In this document: positions 41,038 through 49,719 of the stretch, piece after piece
Layout of the letters: every line of letters begins with the position of its first letter
How positions within the stretch are numbered: the first letter of the stretch is position 1
Assembly (NCBI GenBank): GCA_965232515.1
Contig: CBDDPY010000002.1
Location: 768,001 to 832,000, forward strand
DNA from: Alphaproteobacteria bacterium
GTDB lineage: Bacteria; Pseudomonadota; Alphaproteobacteria; GCA-2731375
Reading direction: 5' to 3'
Length of the DNA stretch: 64,000 bases
Notes under the pieces: generated by a model
Database searches by the model: none
What the model was told of the DNA's origin: nothing
Seen by the model: only the letters and a program-made list of their open reading frames with translations
Program-made: the position numbers and the translations under genes

Positions 41038-41051
41038 TTGACTCCCGTCAA
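41038..41051. promoter_or_regulatory. FNR/FixK-type box
   Basis: TTGAC-TCCC-GTCAA dyad about 62-75 bp upstream of the 60-aa gene. Confidence 0.65.
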
Positions 41052-41150
41052 GCCGCGGATCTCGGTGCGCGATCGCTGTCTTAAAGCGACGGAACGCACT
41101 AGGGTTGCGGCCGCAACCGTTGTCGCGAGCGAGGTATCTCCGAGGGCGTC

Positions 41151-42134
41151 ATGAAGGTTCTGGTTACCGGCAGCGCCGGCCATCTTGGGGAAGCGCTGGC
41201 GCGCCGCCTGCGGGAGTTGCGCCACGACGTCGTCGGTCTCGATATCCAGGCCTCCGCGTTCACCGATGAGGTCGGATCGATCGTCGATCCGGCTTGCGTG
41301 CGACGCTGCATAGCCGGCGTCGACACGGTCATGCATGCCGCGACGCTGCACAAGCCGCATGTCGCGACGCACAGCAAGCGCGACTTCATCGACACCAATA
41401 TCAACGGCACGCTGACATTGCTGGAAGAAGCGGTGGCGGTCGGTGTCAGGTCCTTCGTGTTCACCGGCACGACCAGCGTGTTCGGCAGCGCGCTGCGTCC
41501 GCCCGAGGGCGCGCCGGCGGCCTGGGTGACGGAAGATGTCCGGCCGGTGCCGCGGAACATCTATGGCGTCAGCAAGTCGGCGGCCGAGGAACTTTGCCAT
41601 CTCTTCCACAATCGGGAAGGTCTCGCCTGCCTGGTGTTGCGGACATCGCGCTTTTTCCCTGAGGAAGACGACGATGCGCGGATCCGGCGGGACTATGCCG
41701 ACGGGAATGCGAAAACGAACGAGTTTTTGTTCCGCCGCGCCGATCTGGAAGACATTGTTTCGGCCCACCTTCTGGCCGCGGAACGCGCGCCCGACATCGG
41801 CTTCGACCGCTACATCATCAGCGCGACCACGCCGTTCCGGCCGGACGATCTGGCCGAGCTCCGAACCGATGCGCCGTCCGTTCTGGCCAGGCGCGTGCCG
41901 GCATTCGCCGCGATCTACGAACGCCTGGACTGGAAGATGTTCCGCGGCATCGATCGGGTCTATGTGAACGACAGGGCGCGAAACGATCTCGGCTGGAAGC
42001 CGATCTACGATTTCGACTACGTTCTCCGGCGTCTTGATGCCGGCGAAGACCCGCGCAGTCCGCTGGCGCGCGCGGTCGGATCGAAGGGCTATCATAGGCA
42101 AGTGTTTGCGGAAGGGCCGTATCCCGTCGAATAA
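41151..42134 (+). CDS. NAD-dependent epimerase/dehydratase family protein
   Basis: VTGSAGHLG, HAATLHKPH, YGVSK. Confidence 0.9.
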   Translation: MKVLVTGSAGHLGEALARRLRELRHDVVGLDIQASAFTDEVGSIVDPACVRRCIAGVDTVMHAATLHKPHVATHSKRDFIDTNINGTLTLLEEAVAVGVRSFVFTGTTSVFGSALRPPEGAPAAWVTEDVRPVPRNIYGVSKSAAEELCHLFHNREGLACLVLRTSRFFPEEDDDARIRRDYADGNAKTNEFLFRRADLEDIVSAHLLAAERAPDIGFDRYIISATTPFRPDDLAELRTDAPSVLARRVPAFAAIYERLDWKMFRGIDRVYVNDRARNDLGWKPIYDFDYVLRRLDAGEDPRSPLARAVGSKGYHRQVFAEGPYPVE

Positions 42135-42155
42135 CCCCGGCGGGCTTGCGAATGG

Positions 42156-42599
42156 GTGACAACGCCGACCATGAAGATCGAGATCACCACTGCGCCCGAC
42201 GCCGGCGACCTGAAAACCGTGGCAGATGGCATGCGCGCCTATGAAGTCTCACGGCTCCCGGGCCTGCCGGACGAGTCCGACGACATTCACGTCGCCGCCT
42301 TCGCCCGCGCCGATAATGGCGCCGTCTGCGGCGGCATCAAGGCGAACGTCTATTGGAACGGCGTCGAGATCGACGTGCTCTGGGTGTCCGAAGACCATCG
42401 CGGCCAGGACATCGGTTCGGCGTTGATCCGAAGGGTGGAAGACTTCGCTCGCGACAATGGCGCCGTGGTGGCCTACCTGAAGACGGTCGATGCCCGGGGC
42501 TTCTACGAACGCTGCGGCTACGAGGTCTACGGCACGTTGGAGGACCGGCCGATCGGCACGGTCCTCTATCACATGAAAAAGCGGCTACGCCCGCGCTAA
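42156..42599 (+). CDS. GNAT family N-acetyltransferase
   Basis: LWVSEDHRGQDIGSAL, ARGFYERCGY; alternative start ATG 42171. Confidence 0.9.
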   Translation: MTTPTMKIEITTAPDAGDLKTVADGMRAYEVSRLPGLPDESDDIHVAAFARADNGAVCGGIKANVYWNGVEIDVLWVSEDHRGQDIGSALIRRVEDFARDNGAVVAYLKTVDARGFYERCGYEVYGTLEDRPIGTVLYHMKKRLRPR

Positions 42600-42605
42600 T
42601 GCGCC

Positions 42606-43202
42606 CTAGCCAATAAACATCACGACGGAGGCGGCGAGCAGGCCGCCCATGGCGATATTGAAGACCCGCAGCGCCCGGTCGGTGGTCAGCAACCGCTGCA
42701 CGCCGGCGCCGAAGGCGAGCCAGATGAAGCCGGTGGGCAGGACCGCGGCCATGAACAGCAGTCCGAACCAGACGGCTTGATCGATGGCGCTGCCGGCGCC
42801 GGCGCTGAGATAAGTACCGACGGCGCTTGCGCTAACCAGCCAGGATTTCGGATTGACCCACTGGAAGCCGGCGGCCGTGAAAAAGCCGACCGGTTTTGCG
42901 TCGTCCGGCGCGCCGCCGCGGTCCGACGTCGCGATCTTCCAGGCAAGCCAGAGCAGGAAAGCGGCACCGACCCAGTTCAGCGCCTTGAGCACGGTCGGGT
43001 TGTCGAGCACCAGGCCGCCAAGACCGGCCGCAACCGCGAACATCATGAAGCCCATGCCGAAAATGACGCCGAACAGACAGGGCATCCCGCGCAACAGCCC
43101 GGCGATGGCGCCGGTGGCGGTCAGCATGACGTTGCTGGGCCCCGGTGTGCCGGCGGCGACGACGGCGAAGAGGTAGAAAGCGACGGCCTGTTCCGGGGTC
43201 AT
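42606..43202 (-). CDS. LysE family exporter
   Basis: TPGPSNVML, GAAFLLWLAWKI, FQWVNPKSW, FNIAMG. Confidence 0.92.
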   Translation of the reverse strand: MTPEQAVAFYLFAVVAAGTPGPSNVMLTATGAIAGLLRGMPCLFGVIFGMGFMMFAVAAGLGGLVLDNPTVLKALNWVGAAFLLWLAWKIATSDRGGAPDDAKPVGFFTAAGFQWVNPKSWLVSASAVGTYLSAGAGSAIDQAVWFGLLFMAAVLPTGFIWLAFGAGVQRLLTTDRALRVFNIAMGGLLAASVVMFIG

Positions 43203-43277
43203 GGCTTGACATCCGGACGCTTGATCGCGACGTGGGCAATGGTCATGGTGATGCTCTATCCAAGACGGACGGTGTAA

Positions 43278-44171
43278 GTGACAGCGAAACGAAACAGATC
43301 GGCCGGCGAGGGTCTTGAACGATCGTGCGATCAGCGGTCCGACTGGTTTCGCGGTGCGCCGCCGGTGGACGGCGTCGAGCGGCTTCAAGCCTGGTTCAGC
43401 GGGCGGGCCTATGAGACCCATCGCCACGACACCTATGCGATCGCCGTCACGGATAGCGGCGTGCAGTCGTTCGATTATCGCGGCGGCGTGGTCAACAGCA
43501 CGGTCGGCAACGTTGTCGTCGTGCACCCGGACGAGGCCCACGACGGCCGGGCCGGCACTGAGGAAGGCTTCGGCTATCGCATCCTCTATGTCGATCCCGC
43601 GCGGATCGGCGAGGCTGCCCGCCTGCTGGCGGGGCGGCCGAGCGCCTTGCCGTTCGCGACGGAAGCCGTCTCTCGCAATCAGAAGCTTGCCAACGCCGTC
43701 GACGCGGCCTTCCGACACGACCTGGAGCCGCTGGCCGTCGACAGCCTGATCCTGCAGCTGGCCGACGGCCTGATGGACGCCGATCCGACCAGCTGGCTAG
43801 ACGGAAACACCGCCCGGGTCGATACGACCGCTGTGGAATGCGCACGGCAGTTTCTCGATGCCGAAACCGACCGGGTCGTGCGCTCGTTGGAGCTGGAGGC
43901 GATCACGGGGCTCACCCGCTACGACCTGGCGCGGCAGTTCAAATCGCTCGTCGGCACCAGCCCTTACCGCTATTCCCTGATGCGGCGTCTGGACTCAGCG
44001 CGCCAGCGGATCCGGACAGATCAATCATTGGCCGATATCGCCTTCGGCGCCGGCTTCGCCGACCAGGCGCACTTCACCCGCAAGTTCAAGGCGGCCTACG
44101 GCGTCACGCCGGCGCGCTACGCAGCGCTACAGGCAAATGGCGCTAGCGATCGGCATAAACGGTCACATTGA
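43278..44171 (+). CDS. AraC family transcriptional regulator
   Basis: HRHDTY..HPDEAHDG cupin-like domain; FADQAHFTRKFKAAYGVTP HTH; divergent from lysE. Confidence 0.93.
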   Translation: MTAKRNRSAGEGLERSCDQRSDWFRGAPPVDGVERLQAWFSGRAYETHRHDTYAIAVTDSGVQSFDYRGGVVNSTVGNVVVVHPDEAHDGRAGTEEGFGYRILYVDPARIGEAARLLAGRPSALPFATEAVSRNQKLANAVDAAFRHDLEPLAVDSLILQLADGLMDADPTSWLDGNTARVDTTAVECARQFLDAETDRVVRSLELEAITGLTRYDLARQFKSLVGTSPYRYSLMRRLDSARQRIRTDQSLADIAFGAGFADQAHFTRKFKAAYGVTPARYAALQANGASDRHKRSH

Positions 44172-44637
44172 AGCCTTCGTCTGACGCAGGCGGCGCGAAA
44201 TGGGCGGTGATGGCGTCGAACTCGTCGTCGCTCGCCGCGAAGTCGTGCGCGCCCTCGGCGTTTCTCTGTCGCAGACGCGCCTTGCAAACCTCGTCCGGCA
44301 GGTCGAGATAGTGCAGTTCGTGCGTCGCGCCGGCGGCTTCGAAGATCTGCCGCATCCATTGCCGCTGGCCGGGCGTATTGGCCGGGAAGTCCAGCACGAC
44401 CGAAAGACCCGATCGCAGCAGGGAGACAACATGCTCGCCCATTACGTCGCGCAACAGGCCGGCGCAACGGAGATAGTCGTCGATCGAATTGATCTGGCCC
44501 GGATAGAGACGCGCGAGGCAGCGGTCTTCGCTGATCATCACCGTCGCCGGCTTGTCGGCGAGACGCCGGGCGAGCGTCGACTTTCCCGCGGCAATCTTGC
44601 CGCAGATGAGATGCAGGACAGGCATCGAAGAGGGCAT
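44143..44637 (-). CDS. Small P-loop ATP-binding protein (AAA_33 / kinase-like)
   Basis: CGKIAAGKST Walker A, VVLDFPANT..R, CKARLRQRN; GGAG SD. Confidence 0.88.
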   Translation of the reverse strand: MPSSMPVLHLICGKIAAGKSTLARRLADKPATVMISEDRCLARLYPGQINSIDDYLRCAGLLRDVMGEHVVSLLRSGLSVVLDFPANTPGQRQWMRQIFEAAGATHELHYLDLPDEVCKARLRQRNAEGAHDFAASDDEFDAITAHFAPPASDEGFNVTVYADR

Positions 44638-44697
44638 GCAAACTCCACATTTCTAGGCTAGGGGCGCTTGTCGTCGGCGCCCGATCCGAACAGGCAG

Positions 44698-44728
44698 CGA
44701 AAGACCCGGCCCGACGCGTCAGGCCGGG
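44698..44728 (-). terminator. Putative attenuator hairpin
   Basis: Minus strand CCCGGCCUGA-CGCG-UCGGGCCGGG followed by UCUUUCG. Confidence 0.55.
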
Positions 44729-44790
44729 ACGCTAATTCGCCAGATGTCGTTCGCGTCGAGCGCCGCCGTCAGATCGAAATGCGGAAGCAT
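44719..44790 (-). CDS. Putative leaderless leader peptide (23 aa, MLPHFDLTAALDANDIWRISVPA)
   Basis: ATG sits 7 nt after a -10 element; stop codon lies in the 5' arm of the hairpin. Confidence 0.55.
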   Translation of the reverse strand: MLPHFDLTAALDANDIWRISVPA

Positions 44791-44796
44791 GGACCG

Positions 44797-44825
44797 GGGA
44801 TAGCAGTTCCAAAGGCCGAAGACAA
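44797..44825 (-). promoter_or_regulatory. Sigma70-type promoter of the leader
   Basis: TTGTCT-N17-TATCCC, then 6 nt to the A of the uORF ATG. Confidence 0.5.
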
Positions 44826-45021
44826 ACAGCACATCGGATGGCTTGCCTGTTGAACCGTCCCGCGCCGGTCCCATATGCAAAATCAGGCGCGCGACGACGG
44901 CCGGCAGTGGCTGGCCGTTTCTTTTTGGTGATGATTGGACCGTCTGGTACAAAATGGTGCTGAACGGTTTCATTTGGCTTGCCACGCGATACCCGCACAC
45001 CCTGGGGAGGGATGAGAGAAG

Positions 45022-45723
45022 ATGGCGATTGACTACGACGTGTATTACTGGCCCACGCCGAACGGCTGGAAGGTCACGATTCTGCTGGAGGAACTCGGCG
45101 CGCCCTACAACATCGTGCCGATCAATATCGGCGCCGGTCAGCAGTTCGAGCCTGAATTCCTGAAGATCGCGCCGAACAACCGCATGCCGGCGCTGGTGGA
45201 CCACGATCCCATGGGCGGCGGCGCGCCGATTGCGATCTTCGAATCCGGCGCCATTCTGCAATACCTCGCCGAGAAACACGGCCGGTTCTGGCCGCAGAGC
45301 TCGCGCGAAAAATACGAGGTCTCGCAATGGCTGTTCTGGCAGATGGGCGGCCTCGGCCCGATGGCGGGGCAGGCGCACCACTTCCGGCAATACGCCAACG
45401 ACAAGATCGAGTACGCCATCAAGCGCTACACGGACGAGGTCAACCGACTCTACGGCGTCATGAACAAGCGCCTCGCCGACCGCGAGTTCCTGGCCGGCGA
45501 CTACTCGATCGCCGATATGGCCTGTTATGGCTGGGTGGTGCCTTATGAGCGGCAGGGCCAGGACCTGGACGACTTCCCGAACCTGAAGCGCTGGTTCGAG
45601 ACATTGAAAGCACGACCGGCGGTCCAGCGCGGCCGCTATGCCGGCGCCGACCTGAGGGACGACGGCGGCACCATGACCGAAGAGGCGAAGAAAATCCTGT
45701 TCGGTCAACGCGCCTCGGCCTGA
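45022..45723 (+). CDS. Nu-class glutathione S-transferase (YfcG-like)
   Basis: YWPTPNGWK, PNNRMPA, FESGAIL, WLFWQMGGLGPM, YSIADMA. Confidence 0.93.
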   Translation: MAIDYDVYYWPTPNGWKVTILLEELGAPYNIVPINIGAGQQFEPEFLKIAPNNRMPALVDHDPMGGGAPIAIFESGAILQYLAEKHGRFWPQSSREKYEVSQWLFWQMGGLGPMAGQAHHFRQYANDKIEYAIKRYTDEVNRLYGVMNKRLADREFLAGDYSIADMACYGWVVPYERQGQDLDDFPNLKRWFETLKARPAVQRGRYAGADLRDDGGTMTEEAKKILFGQRASA

Positions 45724-46493
45724 TGCCGGCCGAGACACCGTTCCGGCTGACGCGCACGGTCGCCGATGCCGATGGCGTCTGTTGTTTCGAGACGGAAGTG
45801 CTGGCGACAAGCCGGAACGAGACGACACCGTTCCAGTTCACCGAGCTGATCCCCGCGACGTCGATCGGCTTCCGCTGGATGCCGGGGGACTTCGCGAGCG
45901 CCTGGCATCCGGCGCCCCGGCGGCGGTTCCTGATTGTGTTGTCGGGCGGACTGGAGATCGAAATCGGGTCCGGCGAGCGCCGCACTTTCCGGCGGGGCGA
46001 TCTGCTGGAAGTGGCCGATCTGACGGGGCGTGGCCATCGCAGCCGCGCCGCCGACGGTGAGCCGATCCATCTGGCCGCGATTGCCCGCGACGAACCGACC
46101 GGCGCGTCGGCGCCGGTTCCCGCCGATCCGCCGCCGACCCGCGAACCGTTGCGGTTCATGCGAAACGTGACGGGCGACGACGGCAAATCGCATTTCCGGG
46201 AAGATGCGATGCCGTACCTTTATGCCGAGCAGGGCGGACATGCCACCGAGGCGCTACCGCTGAAGGGTATCCAGTTTCTGCTGGCGCCGCCGGCCTTGAC
46301 CTATGATTGGCATCCCGCGCCGCAGCGGCAGGTGGTGCTGACGCTGACCGGCGGCCTGGAGGTCGAGAACGGGGACGGTTCGCGCCATGCCGTTGAGCCG
46401 GGCGACGTCTATTTCGGCGAGGACACCCACGGTCAGGGCCACATCACCCGCTCGGAGGCCGAGCGGTTCATGGTTTTCGCGCATATGGCCTAG
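45723..46493 (+). CDS. Tandem two-domain cupin-like protein
   Basis: Two copies of WHPAP..L.GG.E.E...G......GD.....D..G.GH; TGATG overlap with the GST. Confidence 0.8.
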   Translation: MPAETPFRLTRTVADADGVCCFETEVLATSRNETTPFQFTELIPATSIGFRWMPGDFASAWHPAPRRRFLIVLSGGLEIEIGSGERRTFRRGDLLEVADLTGRGHRSRAADGEPIHLAAIARDEPTGASAPVPADPPPTREPLRFMRNVTGDDGKSHFREDAMPYLYAEQGGHATEALPLKGIQFLLAPPALTYDWHPAPQRQVVLTLTGGLEVENGDGSRHAVEPGDVYFGEDTHGQGHITRSEAERFMVFAHMA

Positions 46494-46573
46494 CACGTCC
46501 GCAGGGGTGCAACAGCGCCGCCGGCATCCTATGTTTATGCCCGGGGCCGCCGGTATGGGGAGGTGGTGCGGAG

Positions 46574-47779
46574 ATGATCAATCGACGCAAGTTGCTGGGC
46601 ATGGGCACCGGCGCGGCGGCCGGCCTTTATGGCGGCGGCGTGCTGGCCCGGACGGGCGAAGCTCCGGCGTTGCCCGAGGTCAAACGTTTCGTCACGCTGG
46701 GCCGCACCGGCCTGAAGGTCTCGGAGATCTCCTTCGGTTCCGCCAGTTCCTCCGATCCGGACCTGGTGCGGCACGCGCTCGACCGCGGCATTAATTTCTT
46801 CGACTCGGCCGAGTCCTACCGTTGGGGCAATGCCGAGGAAGCCATCGGCAAGGCTTTGCAGGGCAAGCGCGACCAGGTGGTGCTGACCTCCAAGACCAAG
46901 GCGGGCGCACGTGACCGCCAGGCCGAGATGATGGAGGCGCTGGAGGGCAGCCTGCGGCGTCTCAGGACCGATCATGTCGACATCTATTTCAATCACGCGG
47001 TCAACAGCGTCGACCGCATGCGCAATGAAGAATGGTGGGCCTTTACCGAGCGCGCCAAGGAGCAAGGCAAGATCCGCTTCCGCGGCATGTCGGGCCACGG
47101 CAGCCGGCTCGCCGATTGCCTGAACTATACGATCGAGCAGGATCTGGCCGATGTGGTTCTGGTCGCCTACAACTTTGGCCAGGATCCGGATTTTTACGAC
47201 CGGCTCCGCCATACCTTCCACTTCGTCGCAATGCAGCCGGAACTGCCGGCGGCGCTGGACAAGGCGAAGGAGAAAGACATCGGCGTTATCGCCATGAAGA
47301 CGCTGATGGGCGCGCGGTTGAACGACGTCAAGGAGTTCGAGCGCGGCGGACGCAGCTTCGCGCAAGCCGCGCTGCGCTGGGTGCTGTCGAGCCCGCGGGT
47401 TGATGCGGCTGTGATCTCCATGACCAGCAACGGCCTGATCGACGAATACGTGACGGCGGCCATGGACGCGATCCCGCGCGAGCATGGGCTGCCGATCCTG
47501 GCGCGCTATGCGTACATGCAGGACACCAAGTATTGCCGGCACGGCTGCAACTTCTGCGGCGACGCCTGCCCGGAAGGCGTTGAGATCGCCGAGGTGTTGC
47601 GCACACGCATGTATGACGTCGACTACGGCAACCCGACGCTCGCGCGCTACGACTACGCGGCGCTGGACGACGGCGCGTCGAAGTGCCTGACCTGCACGCA
47701 CCAGGCCTGCTTGAACGCTTGTCCCTACGGCTTGCCGATCCCGGAATTCACAAGGGATGCGGCGACGCGGTTGGGGTGA
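46574..47779 (+). CDS. Aldo/keto reductase with Tat signal and C-terminal 4Fe-4S dicluster
   Basis: NRRKLL Tat motif; LGRTGLKVS, DSAESY, TSK, NH; CRHGCNFC..CP and CLTC...C...CP. Confidence 0.88.
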   Translation: MINRRKLLGMGTGAAAGLYGGGVLARTGEAPALPEVKRFVTLGRTGLKVSEISFGSASSSDPDLVRHALDRGINFFDSAESYRWGNAEEAIGKALQGKRDQVVLTSKTKAGARDRQAEMMEALEGSLRRLRTDHVDIYFNHAVNSVDRMRNEEWWAFTERAKEQGKIRFRGMSGHGSRLADCLNYTIEQDLADVVLVAYNFGQDPDFYDRLRHTFHFVAMQPELPAALDKAKEKDIGVIAMKTLMGARLNDVKEFERGGRSFAQAALRWVLSSPRVDAAVISMTSNGLIDEYVTAAMDAIPREHGLPILARYAYMQDTKYCRHGCNFCGDACPEGVEIAEVLRTRMYDVDYGNPTLARYDYAALDDGASKCLTCTHQACLNACPYGLPIPEFTRDAATRLG

Positions 47780-47789
47780 TGACAAACCA

Positions 47790-47914
47790 GCCCTCACCCT
47801 CCCACGAGCTGACGCTCGCGGGTCCCTCCCTCTCCCGTAAACGGGAGAGGGGATTACAAATCGAAGAAGTGGCGGCCCCCTCTCCCGCTTGCGGGAGAGG
47901 GGTGGGGTGAGGGC
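47790..47914. repeat. CCCTCACCC..CTCTCCCG-type palindromic repeat doublet
   Basis: Outer arms GCCCTCACCC/GGGTGAGGGC enclosing two CCCTCTCCCG..CGGGAGAGGG hairpins; related to 29666-29743. Confidence 0.88.
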
Positions 47915-47923
47915 AGTTTTTTC

Positions 47924-48325
47924 ATGACCGTCTTCCTCGCCCACTTTTTGATCCTGTTGTCCGCCTGGACGCTGGTGATCAAGTATGTGTTTCCGGTGTC
48001 AATGGCGGTCGCCGAGGGCGTCGGGATCGGGATGTACATCTACTGGGATTTTTGGTGGGTGGCGCATTTGTGGTTGGCCTATGCGCTGCTGCGGCCGCAG
48101 TCCTATACCTTCCTGCTGGCGATCGGCGTGTCGGTGGTGGAGATCATCATCGTCGTCACCAAGTTCATTCTGTTCCTGCCGGACCCGGACTGGACGATCT
48201 GGACCACCAACTGGTTCATCAATAAGGTTTTCGTCTTGGCGTGCTTCTGCCTGCTGCTGCCGCATGCGTGGGCGAACCGGCAGAATTGGCGCGCGCCGGT
48301 AGCCGAGGGGGCGCCAGGTGATTGA
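47924..48325 (+). CDS. Trp-rich four-TM membrane protein
   Basis: Four hydrophobic segments; YWDFWWVAHLW and WTIWTTNWFINK. Confidence 0.75.
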   Translation: MTVFLAHFLILLSAWTLVIKYVFPVSMAVAEGVGIGMYIYWDFWWVAHLWLAYALLRPQSYTFLLAIGVSVVEIIIVVTKFILFLPDPDWTIWTTNWFINKVFVLACFCLLLPHAWANRQNWRAPVAEGAPGD

Positions 48326-48698
48326 TCATGTTTCCGTTGCCGTCAGCGATCTGGCGGCGAGCGCACGGTTCTACGAACAGGTGCTGGCGCCGCTCGGTTT
48401 GACGCGGCTGGTCGAGCGCGAAAAGACCATCGGCTTCGGCAAGAAATACCCCGAGTTCTGGCTGAACGCCCGGCCCGACATGACGCCCGTGCCGGAAGAC
48501 ACGGGCACGCACGTCTGTCTGCGGGCGGCCTCGAAAGAAGCGGTCACGGCGTTTCACGAGACCGCGTTGTCGCTCGGCGGCCGCGACGACGGTGCACCCG
48601 GCGACCGGCAGGCGGCGATGACGACTTACTTCGGCGCCTTCATCAAGGACCCGGACGGCAACAAGGTCGAGGCCGTCACGTTCCCCCGAAACGACTGA
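48318..48698 (+). CDS. VOC (glyoxalase-like) family protein
   Basis: IDHVSVAVSD..FY, GGRDDGAPG, AFIKDPDGNKVE. Confidence 0.92.
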   Translation: MIDHVSVAVSDLAASARFYEQVLAPLGLTRLVEREKTIGFGKKYPEFWLNARPDMTPVPEDTGTHVCLRAASKEAVTAFHETALSLGGRDDGAPGDRQAAMTTYFGAFIKDPDGNKVEAVTFPRND

Positions 48699-48704
48699 GA
48701 CCGG

Positions 48705-49673
48705 TCAGCGCAACACGTCGGTGTTGATGACGTTGGCGGGATTGAGCTTGCCATCGAAGCAGTCAACGACGTTCTGCGCCGTGACCTCGCCCATGCGGTA
48801 CATGGACTCGACGGTGACGCCGGCCGAATGCGGGCTGACCAGGATGTTGTCGAGCTCGAACAGCGGGTTGTCCGGCGTCGCCGGCTCGACCACGAAGGGA
48901 TCGATGCCGGCGCCGGCGATGGTTTCGGCCTTGAGCGCGTCGTAGAGCGCGGCCTCGTCGACGATGTTGCCGCGCGCCGTGTTGACGACGAAGGCGGTCG
49001 GCTTCATGGCCCGCATCTCGGCCGCGCCGACCATGCCGTCGGTCTCGGGCGTCTTCGGGCAGTTGACGGAGAGGAAATCGATCTCGGGCAACATGGCGCG
49101 CCAGTCGGCGACCGGTGTCGCGCCTGATGTCGTGATGGCGTCCTGCACCACGTACGGATCGTACACGAACACCTGCATCTCCATGGCGACGCAGCGACTG
49201 ACCAGACGCCGGCCGATGCGGCCGAAGCCGAGGATCAGCACCGATCGGCCGGCGAGGTCGTAGGCCGGCAGATCGAAGCGGATGCTCCAGTTGCCCTTGC
49301 GGACCTCGCGGTCGTAGAGCACGCCGCGCTTGGCGAGCGACATCATGAAGAACAGCGAATGCTCGGCGACGGTCACCGAGTTCGCGATGCCGGCGACGGC
49401 GAGCGGAATGCCCGCCTTGCTCAACGCCGCGACGTCGACCGAGTCGTAGCCGACGCCGTGGCGGGCGGCGATCTTCAGCTTGTCGGCCTTTTCGATGATC
49501 CGCGCGGTGAACGGCACCACGCCCAGGATCACGGCGTCGTAGTTGCCGATATGCTGGACGATGTTGTCTTCCGACGTTTCGGTGAAACGCTCGTATTCGA
49601 TGTCGTCACGGGCATCGAGCACCGACTTGATGCCGTCGGTCACCGGCATTTGGATCATCACGCGCTTGGTCAT
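48705..49673 (-). CDS. D-2-hydroxyacid dehydrogenase (SerA-like)
   Basis: RHGVGYD, GFGRIG, VNTARG, SPHSAG. Confidence 0.92.
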   Translation of the reverse strand: MTKRVMIQMPVTDGIKSVLDARDDIEYERFTETSEDNIVQHIGNYDAVILGVVPFTARIIEKADKLKIAARHGVGYDSVDVAALSKAGIPLAVAGIANSVTVAEHSLFFMMSLAKRGVLYDREVRKGNWSIRFDLPAYDLAGRSVLILGFGRIGRRLVSRCVAMEMQVFVYDPYVVQDAITTSGATPVADWRAMLPEIDFLSVNCPKTPETDGMVGAAEMRAMKPTAFVVNTARGNIVDEAALYDALKAETIAGAGIDPFVVEPATPDNPLFELDNILVSPHSAGVTVESMYRMGEVTAQNVVDCFDGKLNPANVINTDVLR

Positions 49674-49719
49674 ACGGGCTTTCCTCGTCAGACGGATTGT
49701 TGGAGATGGTTTCGCAGAA

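Noticed and set aside
44768-44833. Alternative uORF MCCLSSAFGTAIPGPCFRISI on the minus strand
   Set aside because: Its start lies upstream of the predicted promoter, it lacks an SD, and its stop has no relation to the hairpin; the 44790 uORF fits better
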